Shown one piece after another: positions 22,501 through 29,432 of a stretch of DNA of 50,559 nt. The stretch is taken from assembly GCA_030529705.1 (NCBI GenBank), contig JAUMWM010000002.1, positions 1 to 50,559 on the forward strand, read 5' to 3'. The stretch comes from Lachnospiraceae bacterium (GTDB lineage Bacteria > Bacillota > Clostridia > Lachnospirales > Lachnospiraceae). Under the pieces are notes generated by a model. It worked only from the letters and a program-made list of their open reading frames with translations, had not been told where the DNA came from and did no database searches. Numbering within the stretch: the stretch's first letter is position 1; each line of letters opens with the position of its first letter. The position numbers and the translations under genes are program-made.

Positions 22501-25500
22501 CTGCACAGAAAGTTCCTTGGTTTCAACTTTGTAAGAGTTCGTCAGCGTGGTGATAGTGCCTTCTGTCTTCGTGTCTGTAAGCTCATAGCCTTCCGGAAGC
22601 GTTCCCTCGCTCCAGCTATAGGTAATCTCTTCGCCGTCTTTCAGTGCCGGGAGATTCTCAACCGTAGCTTCCCAGCTATTTATGGCATTGAGCGTCACCG
22701 TGGTGACATCTTTTTCACCGTCTGAGAGGACAACTGTGAGTTCAATCGGACGTTTGCCGTCCTGGTTGTCGCTATCATCCCAGACTTTCTTGACAGTAGC
22801 GCTTGTCTTCTTCGTCTCGTGCGTATTGGTTAACGTCGTGACGTCTCCCTCGGAGGTTGCTGTCGACGTATAACCTGTAACTTTAGGCTCGCTCCAGGTA
22901 TAGACGATATCTACACCATCTGCTTTTTCAGGCAGATCGCTAACCGTAGCGCTCCAGCCATTCTCCGCATTCAACGTGACATCCCATGTTTTTTCATTTA
23001 CATTATTTGAGAGCGTCACTGTGATGCTTTCCGGACGGATGCGATCACGGTTATTATCATCATCCCATACCTTCTGGATGGTCCTGGACGTTGTGCCGGG
23101 CGCATATTTGTTTATGATGGTAGTGATGGTTCCTTCCGAAGTATTACCTGTCATCGTATAACCTTCCGAAAGCGTGCCTTCACTCCATGTGTACTTGATT
23201 TCTTTGCCTTTCTCCCCTTCTTTGTAGACCGGCAGATTATCGACTGTAGCCTCCCAGCCATTCCCCTCGCTTAATGTCACGGATGTCTTGTAAACATCAT
23301 CCGCAAGCAGATTAACGGTAAGGGTTTCCTGACGCTTTCGATCCTGGTCATTCGCATCATCCCAAACCTTCTTGACCGTAAGGGATGTGGTCTCCACTTC
23401 GTGCTTGTTCGTCAGAGTGGTGATTCCAGTTGTCTCGTCAAAGGACGGCTTGGCCATCTCATAACCTTCGGGAAGTCCTTCTTCGCTCCAGGTATACTCG
23501 ATCTCTTCGCCATTTTTGTAGACCGGCAGATTCGAAACTGTACCTGCCCAACTATTCGATTCACTCAGAATCACTTCCCACTCTTTGCTTCCATCTGTCA
23601 GCTTGGCAGTGATGGTTGCCGGACGCTTGCCATCCTGATCGTTCGCATCCTCCCACACCTTCGCAACTTTCAGTTCTTTTGTTTCGGGCGTGTATTTATT
23701 GGTCAGGGTTGTCAAAGTCCCATTGCTTGCATTATTCTCAAGCTCATAGCCTTCTGGAATCGAAGCTTCTTCCCAACTATAACTTATCTCTACGCCTTTT
23801 TCGTATTTGGGCAGATTATCAACCGTTGCTTTCCATCCATCCTCAGCATAAAGCGTTACCGTCTTATAAACGTCATCACCCTTCATAAGGTTGACAACAA
23901 GACTACCGGGACGCTTACGATCCTGATTATCGTTGTCATTCCATTCTTTCTGGATGGAACGCTCTGTTACCTCCGGCACGTACTTATTTGTAAATGTTGT
24001 GGTGCCTTCAACAGTCTCCTCTGTCGAATCATAGCCGTCAACAGGCTCCTCAGACCATTTATAGACGATATCCTGACCCGCTGCCTTCTTCGGCAGATTG
24101 TCAACTGTTGCGGTCCAATTATTCTCCTCGCTCAGGGTAACCGTATCCACTGTCGTAGTCTGGCCATTGACGGTCCTCGAAAGCGTCATCTTGATACTAT
24201 CCGGACGTTTGCCATCCTGATTGTTCGCATCGTCCCAGTTTTTGATGACGGAAACGGAAGTTGTGTCAGGCGCATACTTGTTTCCGATGGTGGTGACGCC
24301 ATCGACTTCTTCTTGACTCACCTTGACATAATCGCAGTCCTCTGGCAAATTCTCAGTCCAGGTGTACGCAATCTCCTGGCCGCCACTATAAATTGGAAGA
24401 CCATCGATTTTAGCGGACCACTGATTTTCATCTTTTAAGGTAACGGTGCGTACCGATCCATCGCTGCCGTACAGCGTGACATCAAGGCTATCCGGATGAG
24501 TGCCAACGGTGTTGCCCTCGTCGTTCCACTCCTTCTTGACAGACCTTTCGGTAGTCTTCACCTCATGCTTGTTTGTGATAGTCGTATCGAACGCCTTTGT
24601 TTCCTCACTCTGAGTAGTTGTCAAAGACATCGAATACTTGTCCGGAACGCTTGGCTCGCCCCAGCTATATGTGACGCGCTTGCCATCTTCCCAGAGAGGA
24701 AGGTGATCCTTCGTGCATGTCCATCCATTACTGTCATCGAGTGTTACAGACTCCATGACTGAAGGACTGCTCCCCTCTACGGTCTTCTCAAATGTCACCG
24801 TGATGCTGCCCGGACGCAAACCGTCTGCGTTATCTCCGTCATCCCATACCTTGGTGACAGTTGATGTAGTCTCCTCGTATACATGCGTATTCGAGATGGT
24901 TGTGAAAAATGCGCCTGCTTCATTCTGATTCGTAGAAGCTTCCATCGAATAGCCAGTTGGCAGGCCTACTTCTCTCCAACGATAGAAAATTTCGTCTCCG
25001 TTGTCTTCCTTAGCCTTAAGATCAGACTCCGTATAAGACCAGTCATTCTCTTCGTTAAGCGTTACCGTTTTAAGCGCAGTCGTAGGCTCCGTATCCTCTT
25101 TGCCCTTAACGAGCTCCACTTGAATACTATCCGGACGCAGGCCATCCTTATTCTCATCGTCAATCCAATTCTTCGTGACTGATGCGGAGGTCTTAGTGGA
25201 CTTATAGTCATTCGAAACGTTTACAGTGTGCTGGTTAGCATTTGCAGCATCGTCTGTAGTAATCGTGACAGTAGCCTGGCCTTCTCCTGCCGTGCCGCCG
25301 TCAACATTGTACGATGTTACGAGATTATATCCCTCGATCTGCGGCGCTGTCTCTGTAACGACATAGTTGCCCGGATACAGTTTGTTTATGGTATATGTTC
25401 CACCCGTAAACTCGCTATAGGAGACCGTCTTGATAATCTCTTCCGGCTCTTCTTCCGGATTTTCTCCCGCCAGCTTCTTCACAGTAAAGACAATCTGCGC

Positions 25501-28500
25501 TTTCTGGTCATCCGTCAGTTTGTCCGCTGTCAGGTCGCCGCCAAATCCCTTGTTCAGGACGATGCCGGCAGTCTTGAGGTCATTGCTGATACGCATTGTG
25601 TAATCCTGCGGATATACATAATTATTTGTATCAACTTTTTTAGGGTCAGTTGTAATTGTGAATGTCCAGTCTATCGTGCTCAGCTCGTATCCTGGTCGTG
25701 TGCTTATCTCCTTAAGGTAATATCGATGATCAAAGTTAATTTTTAACTTTCCAGGACCTGGCTCCGACTTTACAGTGAACATGCCGTTCTCATCCGTCGT
25801 GAACGTAACCGGTTGCCCATCACTCGTCATCTGCTGGTTTGTCTTCCCGTCATAAAGGGCAAACACAACTCCTTCGAGACGCTTATCCATCTTGCCGGTT
25901 TCCTGCTTAAGCACTTTGATTTGCGCGACAGAAGCCGTGCCTCCGCCTTGCGTGCTATACTCTCTAGAGTCCGTGCTGGACGAAGACTGCCCGCACATCT
26001 CTGCTCTATTGCTAATGGTCTGTGTGCCCGTCCCTAAAATCGTTGCACTATAAGTAATGGTCACAGGCGTAGCATCTTTGATAATATATACCGCCTCGTG
26101 TCCCGATACATTATACGTTACAACAGCATCCGGATTATCAAATGCAATTGTATCGTAGAGTATATTCAGATTCTCTGAAAATGTGTCCTTAACCTCTATG
26201 TCATCCCCATGATTCAGAGTTACGCTGCCCGGATTTATCGTAATGCTATACTTCGCAATCCTGTTTTTTGCGCCCAACTCATTGCCATTCAAAAGAGCCT
26301 TTTCGAGAGGTTTGTACTGATACGTAACATTAGCTTCATTCGAGGATTCTCCTCCGTAAGTCGCCTTGTTGCCAAGGACAGCCGTAAAATTCGAAGCCGC
26401 CGCTCTTGACCGCAGTTTTTGCAGGGCTTCGCCATCTTTTACAACTAGATAATATACAAACTTATAATAGGAGTAGTAGTTGCCAAGATTATTCTTCGGA
26501 ACGCTTACGGTAAATCTTGCACCCTTGTCCGTGCTTTCATAGATTCCCGGTTCAGGTCCTCTGTTAGACTGACTATACTGGTTGCCTCCAAATGCATACA
26601 GGTTTTCCCACTGCTCAGTGTTGTCATATACACTCAGGATTTCCGTATCGAATTCATCATCGATTGTCAGCGTACCTTCATTAACGCCGCCGATAAGCAC
26701 TTCGTATTTATATACAGGGCAATCAACTCCATCGATTGTTTTGCTTCCAGAGGCACTGCCTTTCTTTTCCACAGACGCTTTTACAGGAACCGCTTCATCA
26801 GAGTCAGATTTCTCCACTCCGTCAACATTTATCTTTATATTGTTGGAATGACTTTTGTTTAAATTGGTATCATTAAACCATTCCTGATTGACAGAGGTCT
26901 TAAAAGTTATTGTAAGATTCCGATCCGCATCTGAGTAAGGAAGTCCTTCTACAGTGTGGTTCGCATCCTTATAGAAAGTGATGATGAACTTATCTTCTGC
27001 GTTCGTATCGATGGCATAGTATCCCTCTGTCAAGCCATCAATAATAACGCTTTCCGGGATAAGTGCATCGTATAAGTTTTTATCCGAAGCCCACACTGAT
27101 GGAAGTGTATCTTCAATAAATACACTTGCATACTCACGTCCTTTTGGAATTTTGGCATTCACCTTCCATTCTATTTCCGAGGAATCAACAGAAGTTGCTT
27201 GCTTAGATATTGTTAATGGAAAATTAGATCCCGGTCCTCCCACAGACCCATAAGTTTCTCTACCCCCAAATACGCTGTGAGTCGCCGCATTTCCTACAGA
27301 CACCGACTGAAGCGTATCTCCTACTTGAGAAGCTGTTGTGTACACAATCTCATATTTGACCGCACCATCAGAGGCCGGGAAAGTATATTCCCAATCATAA
27401 TCACCGGTCCCCGTCATGCCAACCTCACTCCATGGAACAACGACGGAAGTCGTATTTCCTGAGCGGTCTGTTTTATTAATCGTAAGGCCTTCGCCTGAGT
27501 ACTCCACTTTACCCTGAGAGTCTTCCTTGATTTTGTCCTTAATAGAAGTGCCACCTATAGAAGCTATCATTTCCTCGTTGAGATTGAGCGTCCATGTGAC
27601 ATAACTGCCATCCTCCGAACTTTTTGCTGTCTTTCCTTGAAAAGACGCATATGACGTATGTTCGAAATCTTTATATGCCTGAGATCCGTCTGGTTTTTCA
27701 TCACTTTTTACGGAAATCGTGTTGCTTGTCTCCCCCGCCGTCAACTCGCCGCCATCCTGCTGAATGTTCAGCATGCTTGTATCCAGGACTGCGGTGTATG
27801 TAATCTTGGCGTTTTCACCATCAGCCATGAAAGGAATGGAGCACGTAAATCCATTGTCACTTGAATTTATGCTCGCCTCGGAAGAATAAAGCCCTTCAAT
27901 CTTTGCATCGCGCTGGTACTTGAAGGCAGTTCCACTCATATTATCCTCTACAACAATATTGTGGTTTGTGCCTGTTGAATTGATAACAGACTCAAAGCAT
28001 ACGAGAGGCACCTCTCCATTATTATCAATGTATCCATTTTTGCTAATAGTCAGATCATGCGTGTCATCAAGCTCCACAGTTTTCACAATGCCATGACCAA
28101 AGTTAAGGGATGTCTGCGACCCGTCAAACTTCCCCTTAAAAGATATATGGAACTCGGCATTAGAGGCCTCCGTAAGCTTGCTGTAATTAGGATCTTCATT
28201 ATTCCAGGTATAGGTAAGGGTATTCGTATCCGGATCAATCGAATACTTATTTCCATATACAGTGTGAACCGATCCGTCGTAGTATGAGACATCAATACTT
28301 AATTCACCATTCTGCGCATCTGCCGTCAGGCCCGCCGGAAGAGTATACGTCATCGTAAGGTTGTCTTCCGGGAACTGCATATCTTCCGTCTCGGCAAAAT
28401 TCAGTTCTACTCCGTACTCCTGATTCGGTTTAACGACATTATTCCCGGTATCAGGATTAATTGGAGAGCCTGTGATTGATACGCCGGTAAGATAGTCTGC

Positions 28501-28890
28501 CAGGTTTTGACTGGACGCTCCAACCAGCTCCTCCTCTTCTATGCCGGCATCCTCCACAGTAATCTCCCCTTCCGGGATGATGCCCTCTTCTCCTACAAGA
28601 GTCTCCTCCGGAGCAGCATCCTCCCCTACAAGGACCTCCTCCTGGCCGGCATCCTCCTCTACAAGAGCGGTCTCTATGTCGACACTATTCTCATCGGATG
28701 GAACAGCCTCTTCCTGGACGAAGGCCTCGTCCTGCTGATCCGACATAGCCGCCGCCTCTCTGGCGAGACTCTCGTCAATCAATCCCGCTTCTTCAAGCGA
28801 GAGCGAACTTGCCCACAATGTTACAGACTGCGACGACAGCAGCATGCACACTGCGAGAACCAAAGCCAACAGTTTCCTAAAATTCCTCAT
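7588..28890 (-). CDS. Giant sortase-anchored adhesin, about 7100 aa (Cna/SpaA isopeptide-domain protein)
   Basis: Uninterrupted ORF; start set to ATG 28890 (RBS GAAAGGGG; signal peptide MRNFRKLLALVLAVCMLL); acidic N-terminus, about 1000-aa head, 25 CnaB, 3 FctA-like and 29 SpaA domains, Thr-rich linker, AGTGD, TM and KKRR tail. Confidence 0.92.
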   Translation of the reverse strand: MRNFRKLLALVLAVCMLLSSQSVTLWASSLSLEEAGLIDESLAREAAAMSDQQDEAFVQEEAVPSDENSVDIETALVEEDAGQEEVLVGEDAAPEETLVGEEGIIPEGEITVEDAGIEEEELVGASSQNLADYLTGVSITGSPINPDTGNNVVKPNQEYGVELNFAETEDMQFPEDNLTMTYTLPAGLTADAQNGELSIDVSYYDGSVHTVYGNKYSIDPDTNTLTYTWNNEDPNYSKLTEASNAEFHISFKGKFDGSQTSLNFGHGIVKTVELDDTHDLTISKNGYIDNNGEVPLVCFESVINSTGTNHNIVVEDNMSGTAFKYQRDAKIEGLYSSEASINSSDNGFTCSIPFMADGENAKITYTAVLDTSMLNIQQDGGELTAGETSNTISVKSDEKPDGSQAYKDFEHTSYASFQGKTAKSSEDGSYVTWTLNLNEEMIASIGGTSIKDKIKEDSQGKVEYSGEGLTINKTDRSGNTTSVVVPWSEVGMTGTGDYDWEYTFPASDGAVKYEIVYTTASQVGDTLQSVSVGNAATHSVFGGRETYGSVGGPGSNFPLTISKQATSVDSSEIEWKVNAKIPKGREYASVFIEDTLPSVWASDKNLYDALIPESVIIDGLTEGYYAIDTNAEDKFIITFYKDANHTVEGLPYSDADRNLTITFKTSVNQEWFNDTNLNKSHSNNIKINVDGVEKSDSDEAVPVKASVEKKGSASGSKTIDGVDCPVYKYEVLIGGVNEGTLTIDDEFDTEILSVYDNTEQWENLYAFGGNQYSQSNRGPEPGIYESTDKGARFTVSVPKNNLGNYYSYYKFVYYLVVKDGEALQKLRSRAAASNFTAVLGNKATYGGESSNEANVTYQYKPLEKALLNGNELGAKNRIAKYSITINPGSVTLNHGDDIEVKDTFSENLNILYDTIAFDNPDAVVTYNVSGHEAVYIIKDATPVTITYSATILGTGTQTISNRAEMCGQSSSSTDSREYSTQGGGTASVAQIKVLKQETGKMDKRLEGVVFALYDGKTNQQMTSDGQPVTFTTDENGMFTVKSEPGPGKLKINFDHRYYLKEISTRPGYELSTIDWTFTITTDPKKVDTNNYVYPQDYTMRISNDLKTAGIVLNKGFGGDLTADKLTDDQKAQIVFTVKKLAGENPEEEPEEIIKTVSYSEFTGGTYTINKLYPGNYVVTETAPQIEGYNLVTSYNVDGGTAGEGQATVTITTDDAANANQHTVNVSNDYKSTKTSASVTKNWIDDENKDGLRPDSIQVELVKGKEDTEPTTALKTVTLNEENDWSYTESDLKAKEDNGDEIFYRWREVGLPTGYSMEASTNQNEAGAFFTTISNTHVYEETTSTVTKVWDDGDNADGLRPGSITVTFEKTVEGSSPSVMESVTLDDSNGWTCTKDHLPLWEDGKRVTYSWGEPSVPDKYSMSLTTTQSEETKAFDTTITNKHEVKTTERSVKKEWNDEGNTVGTHPDSLDVTLYGSDGSVRTVTLKDENQWSAKIDGLPIYSGGQEIAYTWTENLPEDCDYVKVSQEEVDGVTTIGNKYAPDTTSVSVIKNWDDANNQDGKRPDSIKMTLSRTVNGQTTTVDTVTLSEENNWTATVDNLPKKAAGQDIVYKWSEEPVDGYDSTEETVEGTTTFTNKYVPEVTERSIQKEWNDNDNQDRKRPGSLVVNLMKGDDVYKTVTLYAEDGWKATVDNLPKYEKGVEISYSWEEASIPEGYELENNASNGTLTTLTNKYTPETKELKVAKVWEDANDQDGKRPATITAKLTDGSKEWEVILSESNSWAGTVSNLPVYKNGEEIEYTWSEEGLPEGYEMAKPSFDETTGITTLTNKHEVETTSLTVKKVWDDANDQDRKRQETLTVNLLADDVYKTSVTLSEGNGWEATVDNLPVYKEGEKGKEIKYTWSEGTLSEGYTMTGNTSEGTITTIINKYAPGTTSRTIQKVWDDDNNRDRIRPESITVTLSNNVNEKTWDVTLNAENGWSATVSDLPEKADGVDIVYTWSEPKVTGYTSTATSEGDVTTLTNTHETKKTSATVKKVWDDSDNQDGKRPIELTVVLSDGEKDVTTVTLNAINSWEATVENLPALKDGEEITYSWSEGTLPEGYELTDTKTEGTITTLTNSYKVETKELSVQKVWDDAEDQDGKRPKALKVNLLADGEEVKSVTLNEGNEWSGTIDNLPVYKNGKVIAYSWSEEGLPEGYSLAGMSVENAGITTITNKYAPGPTAVTVKKVWEDSDNQDGLRPSSITVTLSNDANDETMDVTLSEANGWIATISGLPEKAAGKTIAYSWSEPAVIGYTPEITTDEAGLTTITNTHVAETTEASVQKVWDDEENQDGARPDSLVVNLMNGSGKVTSVTLNAANNWTASAKDLPKYNKGEEIKYAWEEQSVPSGYVLGGTVTEGTLTTITNTHKTEETSVTVTKYWDDQDNADGFRPTSVDVVLVKGDDVANPIATATLSASNNWTYTKTGLPAKENGELIVYNWKELNVPTGYGMTSVTSGNSTSVSTTITNKHEVVKTEASVEKVWDDKKNQDGKRPDSLVVKLMNGDEEVGNVTLSEKNNWKDSIDNLPVYKDGVKINYEWVEGDMPEGYSLSGKSYSESADKSETVLTNTYAPGKTSATVKKVWDDANDQDGFRPDDITVELLANGVATGITATLNAENKWEATITDLDLKADGELILYTWEEEGVPAEYSQKSSQTTGTVTTLTNKHDTAGTEVSVTKVWDDADNQDGIRPDALEVNLLADGIATGKSVVLTEENKWYGEITGLPKYANGTEIKYTWDEGEVTGYIQSKSETSGTATMLTNRHVPEKTTLSVRKAWNDANNQDGKRPENITVKLKVGTEEKGEVTLNKDNSWAGSISDLPVYEDGRKIEYTWSEEGLPEGYALESSKTEGTVTTITNTYAPGKTSATVKKVWTDNNNQDGIRPESITVTLVKNGVATDQTVTLNEANGWTATLSDLQEMEDGNAISYTWSEPSVDGYTPTEPTIDGTTTTFTNTHETEETALTVVKEWNDADNQDGKRPGSISVILKADDEVKTTVTLSESNKWSATVEGLPVKNGGKAIAYSWSEEGLPEGYTLEATKTEGVVTTITNKYAPGMTSASVKKAWADNDNQDGIRPESITVTLLKNGVATDKTVILDAANNWTATITDLPEKEAGQTITYTWSEQSIEGYTFAGASVDEAGVTTLTNTHETEKTSVTVQKVWDDKENQDGKRPETLTVTLQADGVDKEDVTLSAENGWTKTIEDLPVKKAGTAIVYTWVEKETPAGYTLTGNVTEGSITTLTNKYQTETTELSVAKVWDDAGNQDGKRPATLTVVLKADGEEKGKVTLSEANNWSDSIKNLPVYKDGKAIKYSWSEEALPEGYTLSGETTEGTVTTITNRYAPGETSATVTKVWDDNNNQDGVRPASITVTLMKNGTATDQTVTLNADINWTVTISGLPEMEDGQPIAYSWSEQKIEGYKQTENTTDEAGVTTITNTHVTEKTAVSVKKVWDDADNQDGKRPASLTVELLKNGEATGETVELTESNGWSDEIADLDAKENGQAIAYSWREDEAALPEGYSLTNIATEGSVTTITNSYKAETVSKAIQKIWDDKGNRDNTRPVSLQVNLLKDGKTYETVVLSEENNWYKAFSNLPKYENGTEINYSWQEGTMPGGYSLSNTQEEGITTYLTNSYKAGSTAVKLGGTKTLKGYPSGAAAPTFVYVLTETTNGMNAELATATTEGPGTYSFKDIKYEEAGNHTYKVTEKIGNAVGVTYDDTEYTIAVKVEDDGTGQLKATTKVTGEIATTALNFENTYKARSVKAGFAAHKTLNGKALKANDFAFELATDSGESLQVKKNDADGNVAFDEIEYITAGTYTYKVKEVVPEKPESGMTYASEVYTAMVEVTDDGSGQLSAKVSYKNPDETTAATMEFSNTYKAGTTSVLFGGQKALKGISSSDETFRFALEEDGKLIQTAAVEGAGAYEFKSITYDKTGEHNYTVYEIPGNAAGYVYSDKTYDIKVVVTDDMAGQLTANVTGAKANGTGLDFTNICKIVKVSKIDATSYEEVEGATIQILDSDKNIVEEWKSGEEAHEVASLEIGETYTLKETVAPDGYTLTSETTFSIDAEGNVTSSGTKSFDENGSTVLLVKDTKTVVRVRKIDLANGKELEGATIQIINSKGEVEKEWVSTKEDHVVEGLIVGEVYTLKETVAPNGYFATSETTFVIDENGDVQTVGSITQDKNHNLVLLVEDEKTVVRVSKVDVADGSELEGAEIQILDSKGDIVREWTSTKKAQVIEGLTVGEEYRLKETVAPHGYTIASETTFTIGADGKVTTNGSVTKDKNGNTVLLVKDSLASVKVKKTDITGSEELEGATIQVLDADGGIVDQWTSTKEAHEVKDLIAGETYTLKETVAPNGYLVAAETTFVVDQNGNVETTGSKTTDENGKTVLLVKDAKPAVKVSKTAVGGEEELAGATIQILNKDGGLVEEWISTNEEHLVEGLSSGETYTLKETVAPEGYTIASETTFTIDEHGTVTSTGKLIFDEEGYAVLLIEDKLTSVKVSKVDVANGKELEGATIQLLDKNGDEVESWTSTKEAHEIVGLHTGEEYTLKETVAPEGYTIASETKFTIDAEGNVKSSGSQTKDENGVTVLLIEDAKTSITVTKVDVAGGEEVEGATIQIIDNEGNIVEEWTSTKEAHTVEGLKTGVEYTLHEEVAPNGYTVASDTTFVIEENGSVTFTGTKTDDGTMLVEDSKTSVRISKVDVADGAELEGAQMLIVKKVFEDGEEAGYEVVASWTSTKEVHVVEGLLTGVEYILREDVAPAGYAVATESTFTIGTNGTVITTANVTTDEAGNTVMLVEDELISVKIKKTDIATGEELEGAEIQILDSEGNFVEGWTSTKEAHEVTGLVPGVLYTLRETVAPEGYKVATETTFMLDDYGKVSQWGGKSEYDENGKEVLLLEDEMTSVKVKKTDIADGSELEGATIQLLDKNGNEVESWTSTKEAHEVKGLTAGEEYTLKETVAPAGYTVASETKFTVDENGNVTSSGTTTIDENGETVLLIEDAMTVVKVSKTDIASGEELEGATIQLLDKNGDEVESWTSTKEAHEIVGLKTGEEYTLKETVAPEGYQVTSETKFTIDENGNVTSTGTTTTDESGKTVLLIEDAKTSVKVSKTDVANGEELEGATIQILDSEGNEVETWTSTKEAHVIEGLKVGEEYTLKELVAPEGYTIATETTFTVDENNNVTTTGSKTTDENGNTVLLIEDAKTSITVTKVDVAGGEEVEGAKIQIIDDKGDVVEKWTSTKEAHKVEGLKTGVEYTLHEEVAPDGYTVATDTKFVIDEKGNVTFTGTTSSDGSMLVEDTKTSVRISKVDVADGEELEGAMIKILRKLSGEGEEDKYETAAQWTSTKEAHVVEGLLTGVEYVLHETVAPQGYTLASDTTFVIGTNGTVITTGSVTTDGEGNVVMLIEDSQTAIKVRKTDIASGEELEGATLQVIDKEGNEVETWTSTKEDHEITGLKTGEEYTLRETVAPEGYKVTTDTKFTIDANGNVTSSGSMTKDEKGETVLLVEDEKTSVKISKTDIASGEEIEGATIQILDSEGNVVEEWTSEEEAHEVVGLVTGEEYTLKEIVAPEGYTIASETTFTIDENGDVTSTGTTTKDENGETVLLVEDAKTSVRISKTDIADGSELAGATIQILDSEGNVVEEWISTTSAHEVEGLKVGEEYTLKETVAPEGYTVATETTFTIDENNNVTTTGTTTTDENGNTVILVEDAKTAIKVSKTDIANGEEIEGATIQILDSEGNVVEEWTSTKEAHEVEGLKTDEEYTLKETVAPEGYTIATETTFTIDAEGNVTSTGSQTKDESGKTVLLIEDAKTSITVTKVDVAGGEEVEGAKIQIIDNEGKVVEKWTSTKEAHTVEGLKTGVEYTLHEEVAPDGYVVATDTTFVIDEYGNVTFTGTKTEDGTMLVEDSKTTVRISKVDVADGAELEGAEMLIVKRVFDDGGNAGFEVVDSWTSTKEVHVVEGLLTGVEYILREDVAPAGYKVATESTFTIGTNGTVITTANVTTDEAGNTVMLVEDELTSVKVKKTDIATGEELEGAEIQIFDSEGNIFDSWTSTKEAHEVKGLKAFEEYTLKETVAPEGYTLASETKFALNEHGEVSYSTGTTTTDENGKDVLLVEDAMTAIKIRKTDIADGSELEGALLLITDSEDNVFETWISGEEDHEIKGLRTGEEYTLTEVTAPDGYTVTANTTFTIDEHGKVTSSGTVTTDANGEAVLLVEDARTVVNVRKTDIANGSELEGATIEIIDVNDTVVDTWVSTKEDHRIEGLRTGWEYTLKETVAPDGYAVTTETYFTIGEDGSVTTSGNMTTNENGEAVLLVEDKITSVKIRKTDIANGEELEGASIQILDSEDNIVEEWISTKEDHEVTGLLTNEQYRLVEVVAPEGYTIASETTFTISEDGKVTASGTTTTDEFGETVILIEDAKTSITVSKVEIAGSEEIEGAEIQILDEEGNIVESWTSTKEAHKVEGLKTGVEYTLHEEVAPNGYTIATDTTFVIDEHGNVTFTGTKSSDGAMLIEDAKTIVRISKVDVADGTELEGAQIQILRNISEEEGEEEYETVTEWTSTSEAHVVEGLLTGVEYILRETVAPEGYTLTSDTAFTITPAGTIVTDGTTIQDADGNTVMLVEDSKTKVKVSKVDVTGGQEVEGATIQIKDKDGKVVEEWTSGTEAHVIEGLKVGEEYTLVETVAPAGYLTTTETTFTINENGEVTYSGTTSEDGTLLVEDQLTSVRISKVDMETGWDIEGASMQIVDSKGNVVDEWLSDGSEHLVLGLHIGETYKLKEVAAPTGYVIAAESSFKLDADGQVVYKGTTGTDENEEVIMLVEDKPIHFHVTKISALTKESLAGATIVLYELTDNDRIVSDDGVTPKVIASWTSEKGKSYDFGPYLEAGKRYLLVESKAPTNYKRIASVIVTVTADGEINVSLEKQTDEEGNDVYVIADEASPGGGNTPGEGSDTNVTPKITPQGGNVTSTPAPGRIATVTPRTSTTTTTTTSTRTTTTAAASSTKSATSGTTTSKTTSAGTGDESPIAMYLILIAAASMVIAVTKKRRSSEG
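7935..16795 (-). repeat. 29 tandem SpaA/prealbumin-like domains of about 100 aa
   Basis: Recurrent V.K.D...GEELEGA.IQI.D..G..VE.W.S....H.V.GL..GEEYTLKETVAP.GY motif, counted by eye; boundaries approximate. Confidence 0.88.
16800..17865 (-). repeat. Three Spy0128/FctA-like domains
   Basis: G.K.L.G...F.F.L...F..I.Y...G...Y.V.E...YD...V.DDG.GQL.A...F.N motif three times; boundaries approximate. Confidence 0.75.
17870..25200 (-). repeat. 25 tandem Cna B-type domains
   Basis: Recurrent V.KVWDD.DNQDGKRP....V.L...L...N.W....LP...G..I.Y.W.E...GY...TN motif, counted by eye; boundaries approximate. Confidence 0.9.
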
Positions 28891-28992
28891 CACTTTACCC
28901 CTTTCTAGCGGACTTGGTACATTTCCCCTACACCGCATTTAGTGATTCGTATTTTGTTTGTGCATTATCACGATGCAACAAACGGCAAAATG

Positions 28993-29055
28993 CCGCTACT
29001 ATTCCCAATTTTAACAACTCATTTACGAAAAAACAACCCTCATATTTACGAAAAA
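28993..29055 (-). promoter_or_regulatory. Promoter of the giant adhesin with an overlapping direct repeat
   Basis: TTGTTT (29036-29031), 17 bp, extended TG-T-TAAAAT (29013-29008); ATTTACGAAAAA at 29021 and 29044. Confidence 0.6.
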
Positions 29056-29246
29056 TTACTTAATTCTTCACAAAATGTACATAAATCCCAGAAATCTCCT
29101 CTCCATTGCGCTTTTCGTCTAAATTGACACACCATGCCATTTTTGTCGCATTACAAAAACAGGGTTGTGATTATTTCATGCATATGGACAGTTGCAGTGC
29201 CAGGTTTAGAACTACACAAAAACACTGCCGAATTAAAACGTAATAC

Positions 29247-29276
29247 TTGACAGCATCCGCCGTCTTAGCATAAAAT
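29247..29276 (+). promoter_or_regulatory. Putative promoter of the methyltransferase cassette
   Basis: TTGACA (29247-29252), 18 bp, TAAAAT (29271-29276). Confidence 0.55.
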
Positions 29277-29432
29277 TAACTTGCGTATCCGGGTAACCAT
29301 CACGTCGATTCCAACTGTAATTCCCCCATATGGCAGACAACTGAATAGCAAAAGAACGCTTGTTTGAAAAGAAGATGCGTGATATATTATATACAGATTT
29401 AAAGTTCCAACACAGGGAGATTCTATAATCAA

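Noticed and set aside
28891-28938. Longest-ORF starts at 28938, 1124, 30400, 33077 and 34357
   Set aside because: Downstream ATGs have better RBSs and coincide with the start of signal peptides or conserved motifs
28940-29430. Invertible phase-variable promoter or shufflon for the adhesins
   Set aside because: No long flanking inverted repeats and no recombinase gene in the window
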